A stretch of 64,000 bases of DNA from Terriglobia bacterium (GTDB lineage: Bacteria; Acidobacteriota; Terriglobia; Bryobacterales; Bryobacteraceae): contig JAIQFU010000001.1 in NCBI GenBank assembly GCA_020073115.1, forward strand, positions 27,374-91,373, written 5' to 3'. Below, piece by piece: positions 55,719-64,000 of the stretch. The notes below the pieces were generated by a model, which saw only the letters and a program-made list of their open reading frames with translations, had not been told where the DNA came from and made no database searches. Within the stretch, counting starts at the first letter, position 1; each line of letters opens with the position of its first letter. The position numbers and the translations under genes are program-made.

Positions 55719-57482
55719 GTGCGAATCACCGATGCGCTGAAGATTCTGCAGCTAGCGTCCGCCGACGCGCCTCCGTACCGGGTGATTCTGGCTTGCGGGT
55801 TCACTCCGTTGCACTTACAGAGTTTTCTCGCGGCGCACTTACAACAGGTCCTGGCTGACCGGCGGGTTACGGTGATCCCCGGACTCTACGACGATACCGC
55901 CGGTGCGCTGGAAGGCGTCGAGTTCGGCGGAGCGGATGCCGTGGCGATTGCCCTGGAATGGTCCGACCTGGACCCGCGGCTGGGGTTTCGCTCCGCCGGC
56001 GGGTGGGGGACCGGGGCGCTGGCGGACATCGTTTCCACCGCGCGCGGCGCGCTCAACCGCCTTGCCGCGGCCATAGAACGGATTGCGTCCGGGATTCCAG
56101 TGGCCGTCTGCCTGCCGACGCTGCCGCTGCCTCCCGTTTTCCACACGCCGGGGTGGCAATCCGCCGAAGCGGAACTGGCGCTCGAAGAAATGGTCATCCA
56201 AGCCGCGGCGCGGCTGTCCCGGATGCGGGGTTGCTCGCTGGTGAGCGCATCCCGCCTGGCGGAGGACTCGCCCGCGGGCGGCCGCTTCGATCTGAAATCC
56301 GATCTCCTGACGGGCTTGCCGTACACGGTGGCGCACGCCTCCGCCGTGGGCGCAGCGCTGGCGCGCCTGCTGTCGCCGCCTCCCCCGAAAAAGGGCCTGA
56401 TCACGGACCTGGACGACACGCTGTGGCATGGCCTTGTGGGCGAAATCGGTCCGCACGCGGTGAGTTGGGACCTGGCCGGCCATTCCCAACTGCACGGGTT
56501 GTATCAGAAACTGCTGGCGGCGCTGGCGGGCGAAGGAGTGTTGGTGGGGGTAGCCAGCAAGAACGACCCGGCGGCCGTGACGCAGGTTTTCGAGCGGGAG
56601 GACCTGCTGGCGCCCTCTAGAGGCATTTTTCCGCTGGAGGTCCACTGGAACGCCAAGTCGGGTTCCGTCGCGCGCATCCTCGAGACGTGGAACATCGCCG
56701 CCGACAACGTGGTGTTCGTGGACGACAGTCCCATGGAACTGGCCGAGGTAGCCGCGGCGCACCCCGGCATCGAGTGCGTGCTCTTCCCGAAGAACGATTA
56801 CGCCGCCGGTTACGCCATGCTCCGGCGCCTGCGCGACCTCTTCGGCAAGCCGAGAATTTCCGCAGAGGACGGCCTGCGGCTGGACAGCATACGGAAATCC
56901 GCCGCGTTCCAGAAGGCGCCGGTGAACGGAAGCGGCGGGGAGGCGTTTCTCGAGCGGGCCGAGGCGGTGATTGGGTTCGATTTTCGTCTTTCCGCCGAGG
57001 ACCCGCGCGTTCTGGAACTGGTGAACAAAACCAACCAGTTCAACCTGAACGGCGTCCGCCGCGCGGAGGCCGAATGGCGCGCGGATCTTTTGAGGCCGGG
57101 AGCGCTGCTGGCCGTGGTTTCCTACCAGGACCGTTTCGGCCCGCTCGGCAAGATCGCCGTGATTCAAGGCCGGCAGACCGGCGGGACGCTGACCGTCCAG
57201 ACGTGGGTCATGAGTTGCCGCGCGTTCTCGCGGCGCATCGAACACCAATGCCTGAAGATGCTGTTCGACCGCTACGCCCCCAGCGAGATCGTGTTCGAGT
57301 TTGCGGCGACCCCGAAGAACGGTCCGCTCCAGGATTTCTTCGCTTCCCTTACGGGCGCCCGTCCCGGGGGAACGTTCTCGCTCACGCGCGCCCAGTTCGA
57401 GGCGGAGTGCCCGCCGCTCTATCACCAGGCAATTGAATTACACACGAGCTCAAAACAATGGACGACATCACAACCCGCTTAG
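55719..57482 (+). CDS. FkbH-like protein (HAD subfamily IIIC phosphatase domain plus C-terminal GNAT-like domain)
   Basis: 587 aa. ITDLDDTLWHGLVGEIG, GVASKNDP, VFVDDSPMELAEV and C-terminal NKTNQFNLNG. Confidence 0.85.
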   Translation: MRITDALKILQLASADAPPYRVILACGFTPLHLQSFLAAHLQQVLADRRVTVIPGLYDDTAGALEGVEFGGADAVAIALEWSDLDPRLGFRSAGGWGTGALADIVSTARGALNRLAAAIERIASGIPVAVCLPTLPLPPVFHTPGWQSAEAELALEEMVIQAAARLSRMRGCSLVSASRLAEDSPAGGRFDLKSDLLTGLPYTVAHASAVGAALARLLSPPPPKKGLITDLDDTLWHGLVGEIGPHAVSWDLAGHSQLHGLYQKLLAALAGEGVLVGVASKNDPAAVTQVFEREDLLAPSRGIFPLEVHWNAKSGSVARILETWNIAADNVVFVDDSPMELAEVAAAHPGIECVLFPKNDYAAGYAMLRRLRDLFGKPRISAEDGLRLDSIRKSAAFQKAPVNGSGGEAFLERAEAVIGFDFRLSAEDPRVLELVNKTNQFNLNGVRRAEAEWRADLLRPGALLAVVSYQDRFGPLGKIAVIQGRQTGGTLTVQTWVMSCRAFSRRIEHQCLKMLFDRYAPSEIVFEFAATPKNGPLQDFFASLTGARPGGTFSLTRAQFEAECPPLYHQAIELHTSSKQWTTSQPA

Positions 57483-57700
57483 TCAGTTGCTTCCAGACCG
57501 TCTTCCCCGGCTTGCCGGAAAAGGAGGTCCAAAACGCCAGCCAGGCTTCCGTGGCCGCCTGGGATTCGGTGGCGGCCATTACGCTGGCGAACGTCATCGA
57601 GGAGGAGTTCGGAATGCAGGTGGATTTCGACCGGCTGGGCGAACTCGATTCCTTCCAACGCGTTCAGGAATACCTGCTGGAAGGAACGCGGGCATCGTGA
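57458..57700 (+). CDS. acyl/peptidyl carrier protein
   Basis: 80 aa. Predicted phosphopantetheine site in AAWDSVAAITLANVIEEEF. Overlaps the fkbH-like 3' end by 25 nt. Confidence 0.75.
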   Translation: MDDITTRLVSCFQTVFPGLPEKEVQNASQASVAAWDSVAAITLANVIEEEFGMQVDFDRLGELDSFQRVQEYLLEGTRAS

Positions 57701-58128
57701 CCGCCGGGCCAACTCCGCTGGCGCTGCATCACGTGGGCTACGTGGTGCCCGATATCGCCGCCGCGGCGCCGTCTTTCGCGCTTTCCCTGGGCGCAAGCTG
57801 GGACGGCTGCGTTTATGCCGACCCGCACCAGAAGGTGAAGGTGACGTTCCTGGCGACCCGCCCCGGAGACGCGCAAATCGAGCTGATCGAGCCGGCGGGG
57901 GAGGATTCGCCGGTGCTCGGGTTTCTACGCGAGAAGGGCGGTGGCCTGCACCACGTCTGCTACGAGGTTCCCGACCTGGAGGACGCGCTGGCGGCAATGA
58001 AATCGCGCGGGGCGCTGCTGGCGCGCCCCCCGAAACCGGCAGTCGCCTTCCGGGGCCGCCGCATCGCGTGGGTGCTCACCCGGGAGAAATTGCTGATCGA
58101 GTTTTTGGAGGCCCGCAGCATCCAATGA
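57697..58128 (+). CDS. VOC-superfamily protein, methylmalonyl-CoA epimerase-like
   Basis: 143 aa. GTGA overlap with the ACP stop. LHHVGYVVPDI ... IELIEPAGEDSPVLGFLREKGGGLHHVCYEVPDLEDAL. Confidence 0.75.
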   Translation: MTAGPTPLALHHVGYVVPDIAAAAPSFALSLGASWDGCVYADPHQKVKVTFLATRPGDAQIELIEPAGEDSPVLGFLREKGGGLHHVCYEVPDLEDALAAMKSRGALLARPPKPAVAFRGRRIAWVLTREKLLIEFLEARSIQ

Positions 58129-58850
58129 GCGCCCTGGCGAACCAGTCTTTCATGCTGAAGGTCAGGCGCGGCGAAACGCCGTTCTACCGCGGGCTGCGCG
58201 ATACGGCCAAAGCCATCCGCTCCAGCGCCCTGCCCCTGCCGCGGCTGATCCACCCGGCGCTCCGGCTTGGGTTCGCGTGCCAGCAGGCCGTCCGCGGAGC
58301 CCTGAGCTTCCTCACGAGCTACCTGCTGCGCGAGCCGCTGTTCCGCGGGCGGTGCGCCTCGGTGGGTAAACGCTTCCGCCTGTGCCGCATGCCGTTCGTG
58401 ATCGGCCACGCCCGGATCCGCATTGGAGACGACGTCAATTTTTTCGGGAAGGTGGACATTTTCAGCGGCCGGATTTTCGACGAGCCCACGCTGATCATTA
58501 AAGACCGCGTCGATATCGGCCACAACGTGGTGTTCGTGGTGAACAAGGAAATCGTAATCGAAGAGGACGTGAACGTGGCCAGCGGGGTCCGGTTCATGGA
58601 CTCCGACGCCCACCCCAAGGATGTGAGGGAGCGCATCGCCGACCTGCCTCCCCGGCCGGAGGAGATCAAGCCCGTGCGCATTTGCCGCAAGGCCTGGATC
58701 GGCCAGAATGCTTTCATCCTGAAAGGGGTGACGATCGGGGAAGGCGCGATTGTAGGGGTAAACAGCGTGGTGGTGACCGACGTTCCGCCGTATTGCGTGG
58801 CGATGGGCAACCCGGCGCGGGTGGTCGTGAAGGGGGCAGCGCCGCAGTAG
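58125..58850 (+). CDS. left-handed beta-helix (hexapeptide repeat) acyl/acetyltransferase, WcaF/LacA-like
   Basis: 241 aa. ATGA overlap with the VOC stop. Hexapeptide region IGDDVNFFGKVDI...IGHNVVF...CRKAWIGQNAFILKGVTIGEGAIVGVNSVV. Confidence 0.8.
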   Translation: MSALANQSFMLKVRRGETPFYRGLRDTAKAIRSSALPLPRLIHPALRLGFACQQAVRGALSFLTSYLLREPLFRGRCASVGKRFRLCRMPFVIGHARIRIGDDVNFFGKVDIFSGRIFDEPTLIIKDRVDIGHNVVFVVNKEIVIEEDVNVASGVRFMDSDAHPKDVRERIADLPPRPEEIKPVRICRKAWIGQNAFILKGVTIGEGAIVGVNSVVVTDVPPYCVAMGNPARVVVKGAAPQ

Positions 58851-58876
58851 GGCAGGATGCGGAAGAACCCGGTTTA

Positions 58877-58944
58877 GGCCACGGATGAACACGGATAAGA
58901 ATCATCTTTGTTTGATCCGTGTTCATCCGTGTTCATCCGTGGCC
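58877..58944. terminator. 20-bp perfect-stem hairpin of the GGCCACGGATGAACACGGAT family; putative terminator between the acyltransferase and asnB genes
   Basis: ggccacggatgaacacggat (58877-58896) pairs with atccgtgttcatccgtggcc (58925-58944). An extra atccgtgttc copy sits in the loop. Confidence 0.65.
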
Positions 58945-59042
58945 AATATCTTGGGATTGTTTCAGCAGCCCGTGGAGGCTGTTGCGACGGGCCGAAGGCC
59001 GGGTCCTACGGTGGCGGCGGCCAGATTGGGAGCGACGTATTT

Positions 59043-60923
59043 ATGTGCGGGATAGCTGGGTACGTGGCCTTCGATCGTCCGCGGGCTGCGGGCGCGGGGG
59101 TCCGGGAGATGGTGGCGAACCTGGCGCGGCGCGGGCCGGATTCGGAAGGCGTGGCGGATTGGCCGGGCGCCAGCCTCGGTCATCGCCGCCTGGCCATCAT
59201 CGATCTGAGCGAGGCCGGGCGCCAGCCGATGCTTTCCGACGACGGCGAGACCGGCGTCGTTTTCAACGGCTGCATCTACAATTTCCTCGAGATCCGGCGC
59301 GAGTTGGAACAGCGCGGCCATGTTTTCCGATCTCAATGCGATACCGAAGTCCTGGTGCGGGGCTACCGGGAATGGGGCATCGATCCGCTGGTCGCCCGTT
59401 TGCGCGGGATGTTCGCTTTCGGGATTTGGGACCACCCGCGCCGCACCCTGACCCTGGTGCGCGACCGGCTGGGGGTCAAGCCGCTGGCGTATTGCGCGCG
59501 GAACGGGGAGATCGCGTTCGCTTCCACCGTGGGCGCTCTGCGGGCGGCGGGTCTGGGCGGCGAGATCGACCCGCAGGCGGTGCTGGAATACCTGGAGTTT
59601 GGGTACGTCAGCGACGACCGGGCCATCTACCAGGGGATCGAGAAACTGCCTCCGGCGACCATCGCGGAATGGCGTGACGGCCGGCTTTCGCGCCGCCGGT
59701 ATTGGGCGCTGCCGGAAACCGGCGAGGACGCGCGCCTCTCCTTCGAGGATGCGGTGGAGGAAACCGAACGGCTGCTGGTGGAGGCCGTCAGGCTGCGGCT
59801 CGTGGCGGATGTGCCCATCGGCGCCCTGCTGAGCGGCGGCATCGATTCCGCGCTGGTCTGCTGGGCCATGCGCGAACTCCATGCCAATATCAAAGCCTTC
59901 ACCGTGCGCGCCCCGGGCGATCCTTCGGACGAAAGCGGCGATGCCGCGCACACCGCACGCCTGCTCGGCATCCCCCACGAGATCGTGGACATGCCCGACA
60001 CGGATTTCCCGCCCGATGAACTGGTGGAGGCTTACAGCGAACCGTTCGCCTGCCAGTCCGCGCAGGCCATGCTATGGGTCTCGCGCGCGGTAAAGCGCCG
60101 GGCCACCGTGCTGCTGACGGGAGACGGGGGCGACGACATCTTCCTCGGCTACCCGTTTCTGTGGAACGCCTGGACCGCCCAACGGACCGCCCGCAAACTG
60201 CCGCCCGGCGCGCCGGCGGCTTGGCGCACACTGCGCGGCCTCGTTCCCGCCCGCGGCCCCGCACGGAGGCTGAAGAACTTCCTCGACTACGCCACCGGCG
60301 GTTTAGGCGATCACGTGCGGGCGCACGACGGCCTTCCGTATTATGAAACGCGGGCCATCCTGGGCGAACGCCTGGCCGGACGGATGCTGGCTCAGCGGCA
60401 GATGCCGGCTTCGGCCGGCTCGGGGCGGCGGTTGCTTTACGACGTCCTGGCTTATCACCATCGCCTGCATTTCACCAGTGAATTCATGCCCAAAGTGGAC
60501 GGCGGAACGATGCACTATGCCATTGAGGCGCGCGCCCCGTTCCTCGATCACAAGCTCTGGGAATTCGCCGCGGCGCTGCCTCCCGGGGTGCGGTTCCACG
60601 GCGGCGCGCTGAAAGCGGTGCTGCGGGAAATCGCGCGCCGCCGCGTTTCGCCCGAGGTGGCGCTCCGGCGGAAACAGGGGTTCACGGTTCCGGTGGAACG
60701 CTGGCTGGCGGAACGCTGGAGCGGGATGTTGGGCCGCCTGCGGGAAGGGACCATCGTGGAGAACGAAGGCTGGATCCGGCCGGGCTCGCTGGAGGAACCG
60801 ATCGGCGAGGCGGTGCGCCGCCGCTCGGTCCCCGTGCAGTTGTGGCGGCTGTTGATCCTGGAGCACTGGCTGGCGAAGAACGGCGCGTCCCGTCCGGAAC
60901 CCGCGGCGGCATTCCAACTCTAA
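59043..60923 (+). CDS. asnB: asparagine synthase (glutamine-hydrolysing)-family amidotransferase
   Basis: Start at MCGIAGY (Cys2 nucleophile, ATG 59043). PP-loop LLSGGIDSALV. 626 aa. Confidence 0.9.
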   Translation: MCGIAGYVAFDRPRAAGAGVREMVANLARRGPDSEGVADWPGASLGHRRLAIIDLSEAGRQPMLSDDGETGVVFNGCIYNFLEIRRELEQRGHVFRSQCDTEVLVRGYREWGIDPLVARLRGMFAFGIWDHPRRTLTLVRDRLGVKPLAYCARNGEIAFASTVGALRAAGLGGEIDPQAVLEYLEFGYVSDDRAIYQGIEKLPPATIAEWRDGRLSRRRYWALPETGEDARLSFEDAVEETERLLVEAVRLRLVADVPIGALLSGGIDSALVCWAMRELHANIKAFTVRAPGDPSDESGDAAHTARLLGIPHEIVDMPDTDFPPDELVEAYSEPFACQSAQAMLWVSRAVKRRATVLLTGDGGDDIFLGYPFLWNAWTAQRTARKLPPGAPAAWRTLRGLVPARGPARRLKNFLDYATGGLGDHVRAHDGLPYYETRAILGERLAGRMLAQRQMPASAGSGRRLLYDVLAYHHRLHFTSEFMPKVDGGTMHYAIEARAPFLDHKLWEFAAALPPGVRFHGGALKAVLREIARRRVSPEVALRRKQGFTVPVERWLAERWSGMLGRLREGTIVENEGWIRPGSLEEPIGEAVRRRSVPVQLWRLLILEHWLAKNGASRPEPAAAFQL

Positions 60924-60924
60924 A

Positions 60925-61881
60925 TCACGGAGCGGCCTCCCGAAGCAGGACTGCTAATGGAATGGCTTCGGTAGACCGGTCCAGGCGATAGCGCTCGCTG
61001 CCCGGATATACGATAAAGCGCCGGGCGGCGCCGACGTCTTCACACGCCAGGTGGAATCCCTTGGAGGGTTGCGGGTCGAGCGATCGCTTCACTTCTATCG
61101 CCCACAGGCGCCGCGGCGCGTGTTCCAACAACAGATGGATTTCCGCCCCGGCCGGCGTGCGGTAGAACCACGCGGCCGCTCCGGCCGGGATGGCCGCGAG
61201 CAGGTTCTCGATCACGAACCCTTCCCAACTGGAGCCAGCGACCGGATGACCCAATAACTGCTCCCGGTCGGTCAGTCCGAGCAGCGCATGGACGATTCCG
61301 GTGTCGCGAACAAACACCTTGGGCGACCGGATCAGGCGTTTGGCGAGGTTCCCGGTCCAGGGCTGCAAGCGTCTCACGAGGAGCAGATCCACCAGGATGT
61401 CGAGATACCGGGCAACGATCTGGCCGCTGATTCCGAGGCTCGCGGCAAGGCGGGCGGCGTTGAGCAACTGGCCCTGGTTGTAGGCGAGCATCCGCCAGAA
61501 GCGGTGCAGCGTTTCGGCCGGAACGCGCGGTCCGAGAGCCGGGATATCGCGTTCCAGGTACGTCTGGATGAAGGCAGTTCGCCATTGGAAACTGGCGATG
61601 TCGTCCGCCGCCAGATAACTGTCGGGGAATCCTCCACGCACCCACAGCCGGTCCACGGCGTCCGCGGCGAGGTTCTCGACTTCCGGCAAAATAAACGGCG
61701 TGAGTTCCAGGCAGGCGATTCGTCCAGCCAGAGTCCCGGCCGATTGCTGGAGCAGATCCATGGAAGCGGAGCCCAGAAGCAGGAACTCGCCCGTGCGAAT
61801 CCCCCTTCGCCGCCACTGATCGATAATACCGCGCAGCACCTGGAACAGCCCAGGCGCACGCTGTATTTCATCGATAATCAC
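60925..61881 (-). pseudogene. N-terminally truncated AAA ATPase with DUF4143 domain
   Basis: Begins at the Walker B region (V/M)IIDEIQRAPGLF. No P-loop segment upstream, because the gtrA-like gene ends at 61925. Its stop is 1 nt from the convergent asnB stop. Confidence 0.55.
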
Positions 61882-61924
61882 CAGGTGGTCCTCGTGCGCG
61901 GTCGTGGAAGATTTACATGGTAGG

Positions 61925-62395
61925 TTAGGCCGCGGCGCGGAACGAGAACTTCTTGTGGCCGAAAAAGCTGACGACTACGTTCACGCCGGTCAGCAGGGCG
62001 CCAGCGATGTAAGGGGCTTCGCGTTGATAGCTGGTGAGGTGACGGATCGCGCCCACCACAAACGGCAGGAGAGCCGCCGTGACCAGCATGCTGCCGCTGT
62101 AGACCACCAGGCAGCGCGCCCATTCCCGCAGGTAGTTTCCCTTGGTCTTAAATACGAACCACTTGTAGCCCAGGAACGCGACCGTAATGGCCAGAGGGTT
62201 GGCCAGAATGCTCGCCGCAACATAGGCGTATGGGACCACGGGCGTGAGAAGCGCCGTCAGGGAGGCGAAGCAGGCGTAGCCGAAGAGAGTGTTCCAGATG
62301 CCCACCAGGAGGAAGCGGACGAATTGCGCGGGGGGCATCTGCTTCGTGATCGCAGCCACTCCGGGTATCCTGCGAAGCGCACTCCAGTCCGCCAT
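61925..62395 (-). CDS. gtrA: GtrA-family small membrane protein
   Basis: 156 aa, 4 predicted helices. FVRFLLVGIWNTLFGYACFASL. Confidence 0.8.
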   Translation of the reverse strand: MADWSALRRIPGVAAITKQMPPAQFVRFLLVGIWNTLFGYACFASLTALLTPVVPYAYVAASILANPLAITVAFLGYKWFVFKTKGNYLREWARCLVVYSGSMLVTAALLPFVVGAIRHLTSYQREAPYIAGALLTGVNVVVSFFGHKKFSFRAAA

Positions 62396-62399
62396 GATT

Positions 62400-63377
62400 T
62401 CAGTCCGCCGTTACCCTGGATTGCGGTAGCGGCTCTCCCGGCTCGTACTCGAAGTTCACCCGCTCCTTTTCCACTACGAAGGGTCGGTTCTGCACCTGCG
62501 TGTGGATCGCCCCAACATATTCGCCCAGCACTCCCAGAAAGAGCAACTGGATGGAGCCCAGGAAGAAAATGCCGATCACGAGCGGCGCCATTCCGACCGA
62601 AAAGCTGTTCCAGAAGGCCAGCTTATAGACGAAATAGCCGAAGCCGATCAGAAACGAAACAAGGGCGCCGATGAAACCGAAGAAGGCCATCAGGCGCAGC
62701 GGCACCTTGGAGTGATTGACGATCCCCAGCATGCCTAAATCATAGAGCGTATAGAAGTTGTTCTTGGTGATACCGCGCTTGCGGGCGGGCTGGTCGTAGT
62801 ACAACTTCTTGTGCGGCAACCCGATTTCGGCGAGCATGCCGCGGAAATACGGGTAGGGGTCGGGGAAGGACTTCACCACATCCACCACCCGCCGGTCGAA
62901 TAAGCCGAAGCCGGTGAAATTTTCGAAAGTTTCGATGGAAGAGAGTTGGTTCACCAGGCGGTAATAACGCTTCCGGATCCAGAACATCAGGCGGCTTTCT
63001 TCGCTGGAGCGCTTGATGCCGAGGACCATCGAGTAGCCGCTCTCCCACTCGCGAACCATGTCGGCGATCATCTCGGGAGGATCTTGAAGGTCCGCGACGA
63101 TGCCGATCACAGCGTCACCCCGCGCCTGATGAAACGCGTGCATGGGCGAGCGGATATGGCCGAAATTGCGGGCATTGGCAATAATCTTGACATTGGGATC
63201 GGCCGCGGCGAGGCGCTTGAGGACGGTCACCGTGCCGTCGGCCGAGGCGTTATCGATAAAAATGTGCTCGTAGCGATACTTCTCCAGCCCGGCTATGACG
63301 CTGCGCACGCGGCTGTACAGCTCTTCAACGTTGGCCTCTTCGTTGAAGCAGGGAGTGATGATGCTGATGGTTTTCAT
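62400..63377 (-). CDS. gtrB: polyprenyl-phosphate glycosyltransferase (GT2; GtrB/ArnC-like) with two C-terminal TM helices
   Basis: 325 aa. ISIITPCFNEE, IFIDNASADGT, IVADLQDPPE and C-terminal helices LMAFFGFIGALVSFLIGF and PLVIGIFFLGSIQLLFLGVLGEY. Confidence 0.9.
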   Translation of the reverse strand: MKTISIITPCFNEEANVEELYSRVRSVIAGLEKYRYEHIFIDNASADGTVTVLKRLAAADPNVKIIANARNFGHIRSPMHAFHQARGDAVIGIVADLQDPPEMIADMVREWESGYSMVLGIKRSSEESRLMFWIRKRYYRLVNQLSSIETFENFTGFGLFDRRVVDVVKSFPDPYPYFRGMLAEIGLPHKKLYYDQPARKRGITKNNFYTLYDLGMLGIVNHSKVPLRLMAFFGFIGALVSFLIGFGYFVYKLAFWNSFSVGMAPLVIGIFFLGSIQLLFLGVLGEYVGAIHTQVQNRPFVVEKERVNFEYEPGEPLPQSRVTAD

Positions 63378-64000
63378 AGGGGCTGGGCGGCCTCATAGAG
63401 CAGAATAAACCGATTCGTAAGGCCGTATTGTTCCCGGGCGCTTCGGACAATCTCGCCTTGAAAGCCGCGCGATGAAATCAGGACCGGTCCGTCGTAGCGC
63501 TTCAACGCGGCTGGCGATTCAACGGCAACTCCGGAGAGCCGCTTCCCTTGGTATTTCGGGTTCGAGTCCACGAACACGTCAATCCGCGCCGGGTCGAGGC
63601 CGCCGGCGGCGAGGAGCCGGAGGGTATGCGCGCCGGCCCCCCACACCGCCATGCGGCCGTCCGGAGGAAGACTCTGCTCGATACGGGCGCGAATCTTATC
63701 GTCTTCCGCCCGGCAAGCTTCGATATAGGCCCGCAAGCCTGTCTCGGTTTCGGCGTCGTGAACCGCGGCAGCGCCTGAAGCCTCACTCGCTTTGACGAAT
63801 ACGCCCCAAATGTTCCGGCACACAATTTGATTGCGCCGCCGCTCCACGCGTTCGACCGCCAGAGCCGCAAAACCGCGGCTCTCGATCAGCGCCGACAGGG
63901 AGGCCGGCGAAAAAAAGTTGACGTGCTCGACGCTGAACTCCTGAAACGGCGCATCCGCGGAGGCATCGTACCGGCTGGCATCGGGCACTTCGATGTAAAC
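63374..64000 (-). CDS. SAM-dependent methyltransferase with C-terminal Rossmann-like (C-methyltransferase-type) domain; 5' end outside the window
   Basis: The frame is open to the window end (…VYIEVPDASRYDA). HVNFFSPASLSALIESRGF, then MAVWGAGAHTLRLLAAGGL. The stop overlaps the gtrB start (ATGA 63374-63377). Confidence 0.7.
   Translation of the reverse strand, partial: VYIEVPDASRYDASADAPFQEFSVEHVNFFSPASLSALIESRGFAALAVERVERRRNQIVCRNIWGVFVKASEASGAAAVHDAETETGLRAYIEACRAEDDKIRARIEQSLPPDGRMAVWGAGAHTLRLLAAGGLDPARIDVFVDSNPKYQGKRLSGVAVESPAALKRYDGPVLISSRGFQGEIVRSAREQYGLTNRFILLYEAAQPL

Overview
GC-rich (judged by eye, not computed) bacterial window, possibly Acidobacteriota (a guess from the repeat types, unverified). 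Most of it is a very large envelope/exopolysaccharide biosynthesis supercluster. It holds 5 GT2 and 4 GT4/GT1-type glycosyltransferases, 2 candidate GT-C-like polytopic proteins, and three candidate initiating transferases: one canonical PGT, one PGT paralog with eroded catalytic motifs, and one WecA/MraY-type enzyme. It also holds a Wzx-like flippase, a Wzy/O-antigen-ligase-like protein and an outer-membrane beta-barrel. Sugar-precursor genes are a DegT aminotransferase, a heptose kinase plus GmhB, an SDR epimerase, a WecC-like dehydrogenase and an AsnB-type amidotransferase. Further modules are a HAD-UbiA pair, a GtrA/GtrB pair and a tightly coupled FkbH-ACP-epimerase-acyltransferase cassette. 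The left end encodes secreted proteins: a 2152-aa repeat protein, an S8 protease with two malectin domains, and a 1031-aa protein. At about 21.9-30.4 kb the cluster is interrupted by a plasmid-like integrated element. That element carries an iteron array, a RepA-family initiator, an AAA ATPase, a tyrosine recombinase, a split RES / Xre toxin-antitoxin pair, an integrase remnant and a GNAT gene. At 54.2-55.6 kb two more toxin-antitoxin pairs (BrnT/BrnA, VapC/Phd) are inserted. Two families of structured intergenic repeats recur at gene 3' ends. Many gene junctions overlap by 4 nt (ATGA/GTGA), and I used these overlaps to refine start codons. I recognised no rRNA, tRNA or CRISPR array, and no Wza/Wzc or exosortase gene. 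Many long ORFs in the track are R/G/P-rich antisense shadows typical of GC-rich DNA and were rejected. All homology statements are motif recognition from memory; no database search was run.
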